64,000 nt of DNA from Bacillota bacterium (GCA_963666425.2 OY762825.2:2624001-2688000), one strand, 5' to 3'; counted from the stretch's first letter, positions 18,451-29,629 are shown. Notes: generated from the sequence alone by a model not told the origin. A program made the numbers and translations.

Positions 18451-19449
18451 TTGGCAAATCAGCTGGAGCGCTCGCTGGTTTTACGTGACGGCAAAGAAAC
18501 GATGGCACTTTGCGGATATCACGATGAGTATTTAAAGATCATAGCGGAAACGCTGCAGGTAGAGATTTTCCCCCAAGGAAATCAAATACTGATCCGCGGC
18601 AGCGAAAGCAATGTCCTGCAAACAGAAGCTTTGGTCAAACAATTGCAGACTTTTATTCGGCAAGGCATCGCGATTGGAGCCAGAGAAGTGACATATGGTG
18701 CCAAAAAAGCGGTGACGGATGAATTATCCGAATTGGAAACGCTTTTCAACGATGTGATTTTCCACACCTTACGCGGCAAACAAATCCGTCCTAAAACCAT
18801 GGGACAGAAAATATATATTGATACCATTCGCAAAAACGATATCGTTTTTGGCATCGGTCCGGCGGGAACAGGGAAAACTTATCTCGCGATGGCGGCAGCA
18901 GTGGCGGCCTTGAAAGAAAAACAGGTGCAGCGGCTGATTCTTTGCCGTCCTGCCGTGGAAGCAGGGGAACGTTTGGGTTTTTTACCGGGCGATTTGCAGG
19001 ATAAAGTCGATCCTTATCTGCGCCCGCTTTATGATGCGCTGTATGATATGATTGGTATCGAGAATTTCCAACGCTATCAGGAAAAAGGCATCATTGAAGT
19101 GGCTCCTTTGGCTTATATGCGTGGCCGTACTTTGGATGATGCTTTTATTATCCTGGATGAGGCGCAGAACACAACCCTGGAGCAGATGAAAATGTTTCTG
19201 ACCAGACTTGGCTTTGGCTCCAAGGCTGTGATTACCGGTGATGTGACGCAGGTTGATCTGGCCAAGGGGACAGGCAGCGGTCTTATTTTAGTGCAGGATA
19301 TTTTACGGGACGTTGCAGGAATCGGATTTGTTTACTTAACAGAGCAGGATGTGGTGCGCCATCGCTTAGTACAGAAGGTCATTCGTGCCTTTGAAAACTA
19401 TCAAACGAAATTGTCCACTGCGAAAGCGGGTGAATCAGTTGGCAAATAA
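18451..19449 (+). CDS. phoH: PhoH family ATPase
   Basis: GPAGTGKTYLA, RPAVEAGERLGFLPG, LAYMRGRTL, DEAQN, TGDVTQVDL. Confidence 0.95.
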   Translation: MANQLERSLVLRDGKETMALCGYHDEYLKIIAETLQVEIFPQGNQILIRGSESNVLQTEALVKQLQTFIRQGIAIGAREVTYGAKKAVTDELSELETLFNDVIFHTLRGKQIRPKTMGQKIYIDTIRKNDIVFGIGPAGTGKTYLAMAAAVAALKEKQVQRLILCRPAVEAGERLGFLPGDLQDKVDPYLRPLYDALYDMIGIENFQRYQEKGIIEVAPLAYMRGRTLDDAFIILDEAQNTTLEQMKMFLTRLGFGSKAVITGDVTQVDLAKGTGSGLILVQDILRDVAGIGFVYLTEQDVVRHRLVQKVIRAFENYQTKLSTAKAGESVGK

Positions 19450-21568
19450 AGAAGAACTGCTCAGCTGGCGCCCTTATAAAGGCAGTTTCAAAATGACGAC
19501 GAAAATCACGAGAGTCATCGTTGCTTTGTGCAGCTGGCTGGCAATCGTGATCATCATCTCACCGCAGATCCTGCCGCAGGCTGTGAACTTGCAGCTCGGT
19601 CAACCCAGTGCCGTGGATCTTGTCGCCTCCCGCACCATCGTGGACCGATTAAGCACACAAGCGCTGCAAGAGGAAGCAATAGCAGCGGTGCCAACCATCT
19701 GGGAAGTGACGACTTCCGTAAAATCCAGCAGTATTAACCGCTTGAATGTCTTCCTTCAGACGATTCGAACCGTCAACAGCCTGCCGCTTTCCGGAAATCA
19801 AACCAGATTGTCACTGCTGAAAGAACGTCTCGATGCTGCCTACACTCAAATTCCCGATGATAACCTACAGAACTTACTGCTGCTGAACGATACCGAGCTC
19901 ACGGAACAAGCGCAGATTTTACTCAATGTCATTTCTGAAATTTATGACCGCGGTGTGAAAGAAGCCGATCTCAATGAGGCAAAAAAGCAAGGCAGGGCAA
20001 AGTTAACCGAGCTGCTTCCCAACGCTGCTGATTTACCGATTTGGCAGAGCTTATTGGAATTGAACCTTCATATCAATGTGGTGCCGAATCTGGAAGCGAC
20101 CCGGAGCGCGCAGCAGGCAGCAAAGGATAAAGTGGAAGCAATCGTTATTTTGAAAGGACAAAGCATTATCCGGAAAGGTCAGTTGGTGGATGAACACCAA
20201 TGGGCGATTCTTTCTGATTTGGGTATGCTCGATGCGGATATCGACTGGCTGATGGTAGCCGGCAGCGCCGGTTTTGTCTTGCTGTTGTCTGTCATTTATG
20301 GAATTGCGCTGTATCTGAATTTCCGGGCTGTTTTTGATCAGCCCAGGTTGATTTTAGTGATCGGTTTGGTCATGGTTCTGACGCTCTTGATTGGCAGGGC
20401 AGTAATAGAAATCCTGCCGTCTGTGCTGATTCCGATCCCGGCAGCGGTTTTAATCCTTGCTGTTTTGTTCAATGACCGTTTGGCTCTGCTCAGCGGGATT
20501 TTCCTGAGTATCCTGGCGGCGTTGATGGCAGATATGGATTTTACCGTTTTAGTCACTTTTTTACTGACCAGTTGGGTCACTGTGCTCGGTTCCAACCGGA
20601 TCCGCCAGCGTACCGAGCTGATCTATATTGGAGCCTGGGTCGGTTTGGCCGGCTTTCTTTCCATAGGTTTTATGCGAATTCTGCTTTCCGGCGTAAGCCT
20701 GGAGCAAATCGTTTATGCGCTTTGGGGAGCGGCGATCGGCGTGATCACCGGTATCTTAGCTTTGGGCTTGCTGCCGTTTTTCGAGATGGGTTTTCGTATT
20801 TTAACCCCATTGAAACTGTTGGAGCTGGCCAATTCCAACCATCCTCTGTTGAAACGCTTGCTGATGGAAGCGCCTGGGACCTACCAGCACAGCATGATGG
20901 TAGCGAATTTAGCGGAAGGCGCCGCAGAAGCAATCGGTGCCGATGCGTTGTTGGCGCGGGCAGGCGCTTATTTCCATGATGTTGGGAAAATCCGACGGCC
21001 GATGTATTTCGTCGAGAACCAATCGCATTGGGATAATCCCCATAATGGTCTGCCGCCGCAGCTCTCGGCTGCCATCTTGATTTCTCATATTAAAGAAGGT
21101 TTGGAATTGGGTCGGGAATATAAATTACCGATCGAATTAATGGAGTTTATTGCTACCCATCAAGGCAATATGACGGCCGGACATTTTTATAACTTGGCCA
21201 AAGAGCAGGCGGGGGAAGCGCTGCCGCCCAAAGCGGAGGATTTTTCCTATCCTGGTCCGATTCCGGTCAGCAAAGAAGCGGCGATCCTGATGCTGGCAGA
21301 CTGCTGTGAAGCGGCGGTCCGCTCCATTCCCGATTCAACACCGGAGAAAATTACAGAGATGGTGCAGAAACTAATCAAAGTGCGGGTCAGCAGCGGACAG
21401 CTCAGCGACTGCGCCTTGAGTCTGCATGAAATCAATCAGGTGGAAAATGTCCTGATCAGCCGCTTGATCAGTATGTATCACAAGCGCATTCAATATAAAA
21501 CACTACCGGAACAATTGGAACCAACGGAAGAGCGTCAAGCGTCAAATTCGAAAGCAGAAAACAAATAG
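19439..21568 (+). CDS. pgpH: 7TM-HD membrane phosphohydrolase (PgpH-like c-di-AMP phosphodiesterase)
   Basis: N-terminal TM, extracellular domain, multi-TM region, APGTYQHS, YFHDVGK, FVENQ; start uncertain (TTG 19439). Confidence 0.85.
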   Translation: MANKEELLSWRPYKGSFKMTTKITRVIVALCSWLAIVIIISPQILPQAVNLQLGQPSAVDLVASRTIVDRLSTQALQEEAIAAVPTIWEVTTSVKSSSINRLNVFLQTIRTVNSLPLSGNQTRLSLLKERLDAAYTQIPDDNLQNLLLLNDTELTEQAQILLNVISEIYDRGVKEADLNEAKKQGRAKLTELLPNAADLPIWQSLLELNLHINVVPNLEATRSAQQAAKDKVEAIVILKGQSIIRKGQLVDEHQWAILSDLGMLDADIDWLMVAGSAGFVLLLSVIYGIALYLNFRAVFDQPRLILVIGLVMVLTLLIGRAVIEILPSVLIPIPAAVLILAVLFNDRLALLSGIFLSILAALMADMDFTVLVTFLLTSWVTVLGSNRIRQRTELIYIGAWVGLAGFLSIGFMRILLSGVSLEQIVYALWGAAIGVITGILALGLLPFFEMGFRILTPLKLLELANSNHPLLKRLLMEAPGTYQHSMMVANLAEGAAEAIGADALLARAGAYFHDVGKIRRPMYFVENQSHWDNPHNGLPPQLSAAILISHIKEGLELGREYKLPIELMEFIATHQGNMTAGHFYNLAKEQAGEALPPKAEDFSYPGPIPVSKEAAILMLADCCEAAVRSIPDSTPEKITEMVQKLIKVRVSSGQLSDCALSLHEINQVENVLISRLISMYHKRIQYKTLPEQLEPTEERQASNSKAENK

Positions 21569-21633
21569 CCTGCCGCAAGAAGGCCGCACTTTGCTGACGA
21601 TTTCCGGATATCAGAAGAAAAGAGTGGAATAAG

Positions 21634-22119
21634 ATGATCTATATTGAAAACCAACAGGAAGAAATCGTCATTGCGGATGCTATGTTTGAGCTGCTGAAAA
21701 AAACCTTAGAAGCCGGCTTAAAAAATGAAGCGGTAACAGAAGAAGTGGAATTATCGTTGGTTTTGGTTGATAAAGCGGAAATTCAAGCGCTCAACGCCGA
21801 ATACCGCGGCTTGAATCAACCGACCGATGTTTTATCCTTTGCTGCTGAAGAAGGATCAGATGAGTTTATATTACCCGAAGAACTGCCTTTTCGTCTGCTG
21901 GGAGATATTGTGATTGCGGTGGCCGTCGCAGCGGAGCAAGCCGAAACCTACGGACATTCCTTCGAACGCGAGATGGCCTTCCTGGCGCTGCATGGTTTGC
22001 TGCACCTATTGGGTTATGAGCATGGTCATGAAGAAAATGATGCCGATCTGGCCGAAATGGTCAAACATCAGGAAATGGTTCTGCATCAATTGGGTTTGGA
22101 ACGCAGCGCGAACGATTAA
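21634..22119 (+). CDS. ybeY: rRNA maturation endoribonuclease YbeY
   Basis: PTDVLSF, LGDIVI, HGLLHLLGYEH. Confidence 0.95.
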   Translation: MIYIENQQEEIVIADAMFELLKKTLEAGLKNEAVTEEVELSLVLVDKAEIQALNAEYRGLNQPTDVLSFAAEEGSDEFILPEELPFRLLGDIVIAVAVAAEQAETYGHSFEREMAFLALHGLLHLLGYEHGHEENDADLAEMVKHQEMVLHQLGLERSAND

Positions 22120-22169
22120 AAGCAGAAGTAGTGTTGCGAGAGAAGAAGAAGAAGAGAAAACCGTGAGGA

Positions 22170-23084
22170 ATGAATAAAATGAATCAAGAACAAGAATACC
22201 GTTCCGGCTTTGTCAGCTTGATCGGACGACCCAATGTGGGCAAATCAACGCTGATGAATAATTTAATGGGTGAGAAATTATCCATTGTCTCAGACAAACC
22301 GCAAACGACGCGCAACCGAATCCAGTGTATCCTCTCAACTGACCAGGGTCAGGTAGTCTTTTTGGATACGCCGGGAATTCATAAGCCGCAGCATCGCTTG
22401 GGGGAACGCATGAATCATTATGCCACAGACACTCTTTCTGAAGTGGATTTGATTCTTTATGTAGTGGAAGCCAGCAGCCCCACACCGGGCGCCGGAGATC
22501 AGCGGATCCAGCAATTGCTGGCAGACAGCAAGACCCCGGTCATTTTGGTGCTGAATAAAATCGATTTAGCTGCTCCTGAAGACGATATTGCGCAAATGCT
22601 GCGGGTTTATGGCAAAGGATTGCCGGTCATTCGTTCTTTTGCTTTATCGGCCTTGCAAGAAGAACAAACGCAGGCTTTGACAGAAGCGATTTTTGCGGCT
22701 TTACCGATCGGTCCGCAGTATTATCCCGAGGATATGATCATCGATCAGCCGGAGCGATTTTTGGCGGCGGAGATCATCCGGGAAAAAGCACTGCTTTTAA
22801 CCAGAGATGAAGTCCCGCACGCGATCGCCGTGGAAATTGACAGTATGAAAGAAAAAGATGAGATGGTCGTGATCGAAGCCAATATTTTCGTGGAACGGGA
22901 GTCGCAGAAGGGGATTATCATTGGCGCCAAAGGGGAGATGCTGAAACAAATCGGCACTCTGGCCAGAAAAGATTTGGAAGCGCTGCTGGGCTGCAAAGTG
23001 TATTTGACTCTCTGGGCGAAAGCGCGCAAAGACTGGCGTGACAATGAAGCTTCTTTAAAGCAGTTTGGTTATTCGAAGCGATAG
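22170..23084 (+). CDS. era: GTPase Era
   Basis: GRPNVGKST, PQTTR, DTPG, NKID, KH domain with SQKGIIIG. Confidence 0.96.
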   Translation: MNKMNQEQEYRSGFVSLIGRPNVGKSTLMNNLMGEKLSIVSDKPQTTRNRIQCILSTDQGQVVFLDTPGIHKPQHRLGERMNHYATDTLSEVDLILYVVEASSPTPGAGDQRIQQLLADSKTPVILVLNKIDLAAPEDDIAQMLRVYGKGLPVIRSFALSALQEEQTQALTEAIFAALPIGPQYYPEDMIIDQPERFLAAEIIREKALLLTRDEVPHAIAVEIDSMKEKDEMVVIEANIFVERESQKGIIIGAKGEMLKQIGTLARKDLEALLGCKVYLTLWAKARKDWRDNEASLKQFGYSKR

Positions 23085-23094
23085 AGGAGTATCA

Positions 23095-23853
23095 ATGGGC
23101 AGTTATACAACACAGGCAATTGTTTTGAATTCCAAGTCATTTGGTGAGGCGGACCGGATTCTGACTCTGCTGACCTATGAAAGAGGAAAAGTGCGGGCGG
23201 TGGCCCGCGGTGCACGCAGGCCCCGCAACCGTTTGGCTGCGGTGATCCAGCCGATCAGTCATGTCGAAGTGCAGATCACCGAAGGCAATCAGCTGGATAC
23301 CCTGAATCAAGGTCAGCTCATCAATACTTATCGATTTTTAAAAGAAGATTTGGATAAACTCTCTTATGCAACCTATCTGGCGGAACTCTTTGAAAAAGCA
23401 ACGGAGGGTGCCACCGAATTGCGTGACTATTTTATTCTATTGTTGACTGCTTTGGAGATCGTACAGAACTTTGAGAATTTAAAGCTGACTCGTTTTTTTA
23501 TTGAGGCGAAGCTTATTGTTTTGCAGGGATATGCTCCTTCCTTGTCGAATTGTTCTCATTGTAATCGCGATATGAAAAATGCAAAAGCGGAACAGCAGGT
23601 CCTCTACGCACCGGAAAGCGGCGGTCTCTACTGCCCACAGTGTTTTCCGGGCGGTCTTTCTGTCAAACTGACCCTGCGGGATATTCGTTTTTGGCAGGAA
23701 TTGATGAAACAGGATCCCCGTTGGCTGATCGCACAACAGCCTGATCCGGTGATGCTGGCAACGGTCGGCGAAGCACTTGCTGCCGCTTTGACTTCGATTT
23801 TCGGCGCATTACCCAAATCCGCATCCTTCTTGCAGACTTTGTCCGAATTATAA
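23095..23853 (+). CDS. recO: DNA repair protein RecO
   Basis: GEADRILTLLT, GKVRAVARGAR, CxxC...CxxC zinc finger; follows era. Confidence 0.92.
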   Translation: MGSYTTQAIVLNSKSFGEADRILTLLTYERGKVRAVARGARRPRNRLAAVIQPISHVEVQITEGNQLDTLNQGQLINTYRFLKEDLDKLSYATYLAELFEKATEGATELRDYFILLLTALEIVQNFENLKLTRFFIEAKLIVLQGYAPSLSNCSHCNRDMKNAKAEQQVLYAPESGGLYCPQCFPGGLSVKLTLRDIRFWQELMKQDPRWLIAQQPDPVMLATVGEALAAALTSIFGALPKSASFLQTLSEL

Positions 23854-23926
23854 ACCGCGAAGGCGGTGAAAATGACGACTGTGGCTGCAGGACGATGATA
23901 AAAAAATGAAGGGGAGGTTATTCGTC

Positions 23927-24496
23927 ATGGAAGAAATGAACAAACAGGAAATCACATTGGAGAAAATTGATCTGGTGCGTGAACGGATGAATATCAGCTA
24001 TAAAGAGGCCCGGGAAGCACTGGATGCCAGCAATGGGGATTTAGTCGGAGCGCTCGTCCATCTGGAAGAAAAGAAAAAAGTAAAAAGAACGGTCCGGGTG
24101 GAAAAACAAACCGCAGCAGCCGACCAATGGAAGGAAGAAGTTGTTACCCGCGGCAGTGATGTGATTGATAAAATCAAAGCATTGCTGGCAGAAGGCAATG
24201 CGAGCAAGATTCGCATCAAACAGGGTGATAAAGTCATTCTGGAAATTCCGGTTACTTTAGGTACCGCCGGCGTGATTTTATTGCCGCAATTGGCTGCCAT
24301 CGGCGCAATTGCCGCGCTCTTTGCCCAGGTGACCATTGAAGTGGAACGTCCAAAGAAAAATACCGAATCCTACACCGATGAACAATCTGCAGAGAAGATG
24401 ACCGAAGCAGAAATGAATAGCGTGCTGGAGGAAGAACCCTGCACCTGTGGCTGCAAAGAAGAAGCGGCTTGCCCCGAAGAAAAGAAGCCTGAATAG
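23927..24496 (+). CDS. DUF4342 domain protein with UBA-like N-terminus
   Basis: KIDLVRERMNISYKEAREAL; KIKALLAEGNASKIRIK...LEIPVT; Cys/acidic tail. Confidence 0.75.
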   Translation: MEEMNKQEITLEKIDLVRERMNISYKEAREALDASNGDLVGALVHLEEKKKVKRTVRVEKQTAAADQWKEEVVTRGSDVIDKIKALLAEGNASKIRIKQGDKVILEIPVTLGTAGVILLPQLAAIGAIAALFAQVTIEVERPKKNTESYTDEQSAEKMTEAEMNSVLEEEPCTCGCKEEAACPEEKKPE

Positions 24497-24507
24497 TCAT
24501 CGCATTG

Positions 24508-24538
24508 ACAAAAGGCAGACGCACCGTCTGCCTTTTGT
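24508..24538 (+). terminator. terminator
   Basis: CAAAAGGCAGACG-CAC-CGTCTGCCTTTTG. Confidence 0.75.
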
Positions 24539-24669
24539 GATGTACTGGAAAGATATTCTAAGGGATTAAAACGATTATACTTACAATGGAATAGCACAAT
24601 GAAGAAGGATTTTCGCAATGTGATGTTAAATAGAAAGATATAACGTGCAGGATAAAGGAGAGGTGTGCT

Positions 24670-25335
24670 ATGCAACTGACAGAGAGGCAGGATCGTTTGG
24701 TCTCCATGTTGCGCAACGATGGCCCCTTAACCGCCGAGGAAATCGCCCGGCGGATGGAAATGAAAAAAACAACACTGCGGCCTGATTTAACATTTTTGGT
24801 GCGGTCCGGTATTTTGAGTGCGAAACCAAAGGTTGGTTACTATTTTACAGGCCTGAGTTATCCCGCTAATCAACGCAATGTCAATGCGTTGCGTGTGCGC
24901 GACATCCAAGGTCCTGCTGTTGTCGTGCGCGAGAACAGCTGTGTTTATGATGCTGTCGTCACTATTTTTCTGGAAAACGCGGATATGCTGTTTGTCGTCG
25001 ACGAAAAAGATCTTTTAGTCGGTGCGATTTCCCGCAATGATCTGCTGAAATCAACCATGGGCGGCGGCGATTTAAATAAACTGCCAATCGGTATGGTGAT
25101 GACACGCCTCAATCAGCTGATTGCTGTTTTTGAAGAAGATACGATGCTCTTGGCTGTGAAAAAACTGATTGAATATGAAACCGATGCTCTGCCGGTGGTC
25201 AGAGCTGCCGATAAAGATTTGAAACGCTCCTGGAAAGTAGTCGGTATGATTTCGAAAACGATTGCCACCCGTTTGCTCGTTGATTCTATGGAAACGGAAC
25301 AGGATAATTATCGCAAAACGGAGGAGGAAGCATAA
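24670..25335 (+). CDS. ccpN: HTH + CBS transcriptional regulator CcpN
   Basis: LTERQ...GPLTAEEIA...TLRPDL...PKVGYYF followed by a CBS pair; upstream of yqfL. Confidence 0.88.
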   Translation: MQLTERQDRLVSMLRNDGPLTAEEIARRMEMKKTTLRPDLTFLVRSGILSAKPKVGYYFTGLSYPANQRNVNALRVRDIQGPAVVVRENSCVYDAVVTIFLENADMLFVVDEKDLLVGAISRNDLLKSTMGGGDLNKLPIGMVMTRLNQLIAVFEEDTMLLAVKKLIEYETDALPVVRAADKDLKRSWKVVGMISKTIATRLLVDSMETEQDNYRKTEEEA

Positions 25336-25336
25336 T

Positions 25337-26164
25337 ATGGCGCGTACCGTCAATAAAACGATTTTTGTTTTATCCGATTCTTTTGGTGAAACAGCTGAGA
25401 GAGTTGTCTTGGCTTGTTTGGCTCAGTTTCCGCAAACCAATAACTTAGAAATACGACTTGTCAACAATTTAACAGAACGTGAAACAATCGATCGCGTGCT
25501 CCTGGAAGCGAAACAATCCGGTTCGTTTGCGGCGTACACCATTGTCCTGGAGGACCTGCGCAGCTATGTGGTGGAGCGGGCCCGGCTGCTTGATGTGACT
25601 GTCATCGATATTATGGGACCTGTTTTACAAGCGATTGAAAAATTAACCGGCGAACATCCCCGTTATCAACCCGGTTTGATGCACCGTTTGGATGAAGATT
25701 ACTTTAAAAAAATGGAGGCAGTGGAATTTGCGGTGAAATACGATGACGGCAAGGATCCCAGAGGTTTTTTGCGAGCGGATATCGTTTTGCTGGGAGTCTC
25801 CCGCACCTCAAAGACGCCTTTATCGATGTATCTGGCCAATAAAAGATACTGCGTCGCCAATTTGCCGATTGTACCGGAAGTGCGCCCACCCAAAGAATTG
25901 AAATTGATCAGCAAAGGGAAAATCATTGGCTTAACGATCTCGCCGGAAAAACTGATTGAAGTTCGCAAAGAGCGTCTGAAAACGTTGGGATTGATGGGAC
26001 AAGCCCATTATGCTTTACCCGAACGGATTGAGCAGGAACTGGCTTATGCCAGTCAACTCTATAAAGAACTCGATTGCCATACCATCGATGTGACGCACAG
26101 AGCAATCGAAGAAACAGCAACCAGAGTGATCGAATGGATTGAGTCACAAAAAAAAGAAATCTAG
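25337..26164 (+). CDS. pyruvate phosphate dikinase/PEP synthase regulatory kinase-pyrophosphorylase (YqfL/PpsR)
   Basis: SDSFGETA, EFAVKYDDG, LGVSRTSKTPLS, ANLPIVPE. Confidence 0.92.
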   Translation: MARTVNKTIFVLSDSFGETAERVVLACLAQFPQTNNLEIRLVNNLTERETIDRVLLEAKQSGSFAAYTIVLEDLRSYVVERARLLDVTVIDIMGPVLQAIEKLTGEHPRYQPGLMHRLDEDYFKKMEAVEFAVKYDDGKDPRGFLRADIVLLGVSRTSKTPLSMYLANKRYCVANLPIVPEVRPPKELKLISKGKIIGLTISPEKLIEVRKERLKTLGLMGQAHYALPERIEQELAYASQLYKELDCHTIDVTHRAIEETATRVIEWIESQKKEI

Positions 26165-26276
26165 GCAAAAGCTTTGCTGACAGCCTGGATTTCAGCGCAC
26201 CTTTGTCGGGTACCGCAGGCAGGTTCCCATTCATTTAGCCATGCATCGGAAAGAAGAGGGAAAGGAGGCTGCGGCG

Positions 26277-28088
26277 ATGGCAGGCAGGATACCGGAACAA
26301 GTCATTGAAGAGATTAATCGTAAAGTCAGTATTATCGATCTAATCGGCGAGACGGTTCAACTCAAACGTGTCGGCAATCGCTATCTGGGCCTTTGCCCGT
26401 TTCATCATGAAAAAACACCTTCCTTCACGGTCGATCCGGAAAAGCAATTGTTTTATTGCTTTGGCTGTCAGACCGGTGGTAATCTGTTTGGCTATCTGCA
26501 AAAACGCGATCACTTGACCTTTGTCGAAGCGGCACGTCTTTTAGCGGAGCGGGTGGGAATTCCCATTCCGGAGGATGCCATGGATGAGGCGGATGCCGGC
26601 CGGATGCAGCTGCGCCAGCAGTTATATGATGCTTGTGAGGCGGCTCTCGTCTTCTATCAGCATCAGTATCATTTTCATCCGGAAGCCAAAGCGGCAAGAC
26701 AATACTTGATCAAACGGGCATTGGAGCCGGATACGATTGATACATTTCGTCTGGGTTATGCTCCGCCGGAGTGGCGTTTGTTAGCGGATCACTTAATGCA
26801 AAAAGGATTTTCCGCTGACATTCTGGAACAAGCCGGTTTGGTCATCCGTCAGCCTTCGGGAGAAGGTTTCTATGACCGTTTTCGTGACCGAATTATTTTC
26901 CCGATTTTTGATTACCGCAATCGCTGCATCGGTTTTGGCGGCAGGGTCTTGAGTGACGAACAGCCGAAATATTTGAATTCACCGCAAACAGCCATCTTTG
27001 ATAAGGGCAAAAACCTTTATGGCATCCATATGCTGAAAAATCAGCATGATCTGGCTCAGATCATCGTTTATGAAGGGTATATGGATTATATTACGACTTG
27101 GCAGGGCGGCATTCCGCAAGGGGTCGCCAGTTTGGGTACCGCTTTGACCATGGATCAGTGCCGCTTACTGAAACGCTATACAAATCAAGTAATCCTTTGT
27201 TATGATGCCGACAGCGCCGGTGAGAGAGCAACGCAGCGGGGCATGCTTTTATTGCGCAAAGCGGGGCTGCAAGTGCTGATCGCACAGGTGCCGGGAGAAA
27301 AAGACCCGGATGATTATGTGCGCCATAACGGGGGAGAAGCATTTCAACAGGTACTGCAGGCGGCTTTACCGATGTATCACTATTTTATGCTGCAGTTAAA
27401 AAAGAAATTTGATTTGCAGACAATAGAAGGAAAAAGTGCTTACGTGCGCGAATTTGCTTCCGTGCTTTCGGAAAGTGACTCACCGGTTGAAATTGACGGG
27501 TATGTCAGAGAATTGGCGCGGCAGCTGCAGATTACCGAGAATGCGATTTATCGGGAAATGAAAATCAGCAGCCGAAACGATTTAGCAAATAGTGACAGAA
27601 AAGAAGGAACTCCTCGTCCGATCGGCGAAATAAAACCGTCGGACGTCGAAAAAGGCTTACTCGGTAATCGTTCTGCCGAAGAAACTTTGCTCAGATTGGC
27701 TTTCAATCAAGCAAGATTCGGCAAATTACTCACCGAGAAAATTGAAATTGATGATTTCGGTCCGATGTATCAACCATTAATTACAGCTCTTTGGCCCTTG
27801 TGGCGGCAAGGAAAATTCATTACGATCGCTGATCTTGCTGCGATGGCTGAAGAAAACACCAGCAGTTTGGCAGTGAAGCTGGAAATCAGTGGGGAAGCTC
27901 CGGTCACGAACAGTGAGAAAGCATTCGATGACTGTGCAGCCTACCTGATCATTCAGCGTTACCGCAGACGCTTGAATGAACTGACGCAGCAATTTGAAGC
28001 GATGCAGCCGGCAGGCGATATGGAAGCGATGGCGATTGTTTTACAACAGATTCAGGTATTACAAAGGAAGTTGGGGCGTCAACGTTGA
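26277..28088 (+). CDS. dnaG: DNA primase
   Basis: CPFHHEKTPSF...CFGC zinc finger, DRFRDRIIFPI, KYLNSP, EGYMD, DPD TOPRIM motifs. Confidence 0.96.
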   Translation: MAGRIPEQVIEEINRKVSIIDLIGETVQLKRVGNRYLGLCPFHHEKTPSFTVDPEKQLFYCFGCQTGGNLFGYLQKRDHLTFVEAARLLAERVGIPIPEDAMDEADAGRMQLRQQLYDACEAALVFYQHQYHFHPEAKAARQYLIKRALEPDTIDTFRLGYAPPEWRLLADHLMQKGFSADILEQAGLVIRQPSGEGFYDRFRDRIIFPIFDYRNRCIGFGGRVLSDEQPKYLNSPQTAIFDKGKNLYGIHMLKNQHDLAQIIVYEGYMDYITTWQGGIPQGVASLGTALTMDQCRLLKRYTNQVILCYDADSAGERATQRGMLLLRKAGLQVLIAQVPGEKDPDDYVRHNGGEAFQQVLQAALPMYHYFMLQLKKKFDLQTIEGKSAYVREFASVLSESDSPVEIDGYVRELARQLQITENAIYREMKISSRNDLANSDRKEGTPRPIGEIKPSDVEKGLLGNRSAEETLLRLAFNQARFGKLLTEKIEIDDFGPMYQPLITALWPLWRQGKFITIADLAAMAEENTSSLAVKLEISGEAPVTNSEKAFDDCAAYLIIQRYRRRLNELTQQFEAMQPAGDMEAMAIVLQQIQVLQRKLGRQR

Positions 28089-28136
28089 ATAAAAAGATAA
28101 CCAATCATCCTAAAAGGAAAGGAGGGCGAGGTCGCA

Positions 28137-29417
28137 ATGGTGAAAACGCATGATACGGAACTGGAATCAGTCATGGACGAGAAGTTAGCGGAAACGAAAC
28201 GATCACATGCAGAGCAGACAGATTCTGCAGAACAGTTCGAAAACGAAAGAAATCTGACATCTACACAAATCAAAACCAACGGTCCGAAACCTTCCGAGAA
28301 GGTGGATGATCCCATGGCAATTTACCAGCCTGTGATCAAGAACATTATCAATCTGGTAAAATCCACGGGCGAAATTCCATATGAAGAAATAGCCAATCAG
28401 CTACAGGATATTGAAATGACGCCGGATCAGATCGAACGCTTTTATACGGAATTGGGTAAAATTCTCAAGGTCGATACGACTCTGCCGGTGCAGGGGAAAG
28501 AATTGGAAGCGCTCGAAGTACCGGATGAGGATTTTGAAAAGCTGGAAGAACCGGTCATCGAATTGGACTTAACGGTTCCCGACGGAATTTCGCTGGAAGA
28601 CCCGGTGAGAATGTATCTGAAGGAAATCGGTCGGGTAGACTTGCTCACCGCAGACGAAGAAATCGATTTGGCGCAGCGGATGGAGCAGGGAGATGAAGCA
28701 GCCAGAGAACGTCTGGCAGAAGCCAATTTAAGGCTGGTAGTGAGCATTGCCAAACGTTACGTCGGCCGAGGCATGCAGTTGCTGGATCTGATTCAGGAGG
28801 GCAATCTTGGCCTTCTGAAAGCGGTTGAAAAGTTCGACTATCATAAGGGCTATAAGTTTTCTACCTATGCTACCTGGTGGATCCGGCAGGCAATCACCCG
28901 CGCGATTGCGGATCAGGCCAGAACGATTCGTATTCCGGTGCATATGGTGGAGACGATCAATAAACTGATCCGGATCAATCGTCAGTTGCTGCAGGAACTG
29001 GGGCGGGATCCAACTCCTGCCGAGACAGCCAAAGCAATGGATTGCACGGTGGAGAGAGTCCGGGAAATAATGAAGATCGCGCAGGAACCGGTTTCCCTGG
29101 AAACTCCCATCGGGGAGGAAGAAGACAGCCACTTGGGTGACTTCATCGAGGATCAGGAAGTGATGGCACCCGGCGATGTGGCGGCTTCCACGCTGCTGCG
29201 TGAGCAATTGGAAGATGTGCTTTCTACGTTAACCGAACGGGAAGAAAATGTTCTGCGTTTGCGTTTTGGTCTGGATGACGGCCGCAACCGCACGCTGGAG
29301 GAAGTCGGCCAGATTTTTGGAGTCACCCGGGAAAGAATCCGACAAATTGAAGCGAAAGCATTGCGCAAGCTTCGCCATCCCAGCCGCAGCAAACGTTTAA
29401 AGGATTATCTGGAATAA
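28137..29417 (+). CDS. rpoD: RNA polymerase primary sigma factor
   Basis: [57 protein letters not shown]. Confidence 0.98.
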   Translation: MVKTHDTELESVMDEKLAETKRSHAEQTDSAEQFENERNLTSTQIKTNGPKPSEKVDDPMAIYQPVIKNIINLVKSTGEIPYEEIANQLQDIEMTPDQIERFYTELGKILKVDTTLPVQGKELEALEVPDEDFEKLEEPVIELDLTVPDGISLEDPVRMYLKEIGRVDLLTADEEIDLAQRMEQGDEAARERLAEANLRLVVSIAKRYVGRGMQLLDLIQEGNLGLLKAVEKFDYHKGYKFSTYATWWIRQAITRAIADQARTIRIPVHMVETINKLIRINRQLLQELGRDPTPAETAKAMDCTVERVREIMKIAQEPVSLETPIGEEEDSHLGDFIEDQEVMAPGDVAASTLLREQLEDVLSTLTEREENVLRLRFGLDDGRNRTLEEVGQIFGVTRERIRQIEAKALRKLRHPSRSKRLKDYLE

Positions 29418-29466
29418 TTTAGAATAGAATAGTGTTAATTCTTTAAATTCTAACACTTTTAGATGG

Positions 29467-29495
29467 TTGACGAATCCAGACCGCTCTGTTATAAT
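29467..29495 (+). promoter_or_regulatory. sigma-A promoter of tRNA cluster 1
   Basis: TTGACG-N17-TATAAT with TG extension. Confidence 0.75.
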
Positions 29496-29520
29496 TCGAC
29501 TTGCGTTTACGCCAAAAGAT

Positions 29521-29595
29521 TCCACAATAGCTCAACGGTAGAGCAATCGGCTGTTAACCGATAGGTTGTAGGTTCGAATCCTACTTGTGGAGCCA
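29521..29595 (+). tRNA. tRNA-Asn(GTT)
   Basis: Cloverleaf, anticodon loop CT-GTT-AA, GGTTCGAATCC T-arm, encoded CCA. Confidence 0.95.
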
Positions 29596-29629
29596 GGAAA
29601 TCATCGGAACATTCCGTTGATATATGGAC

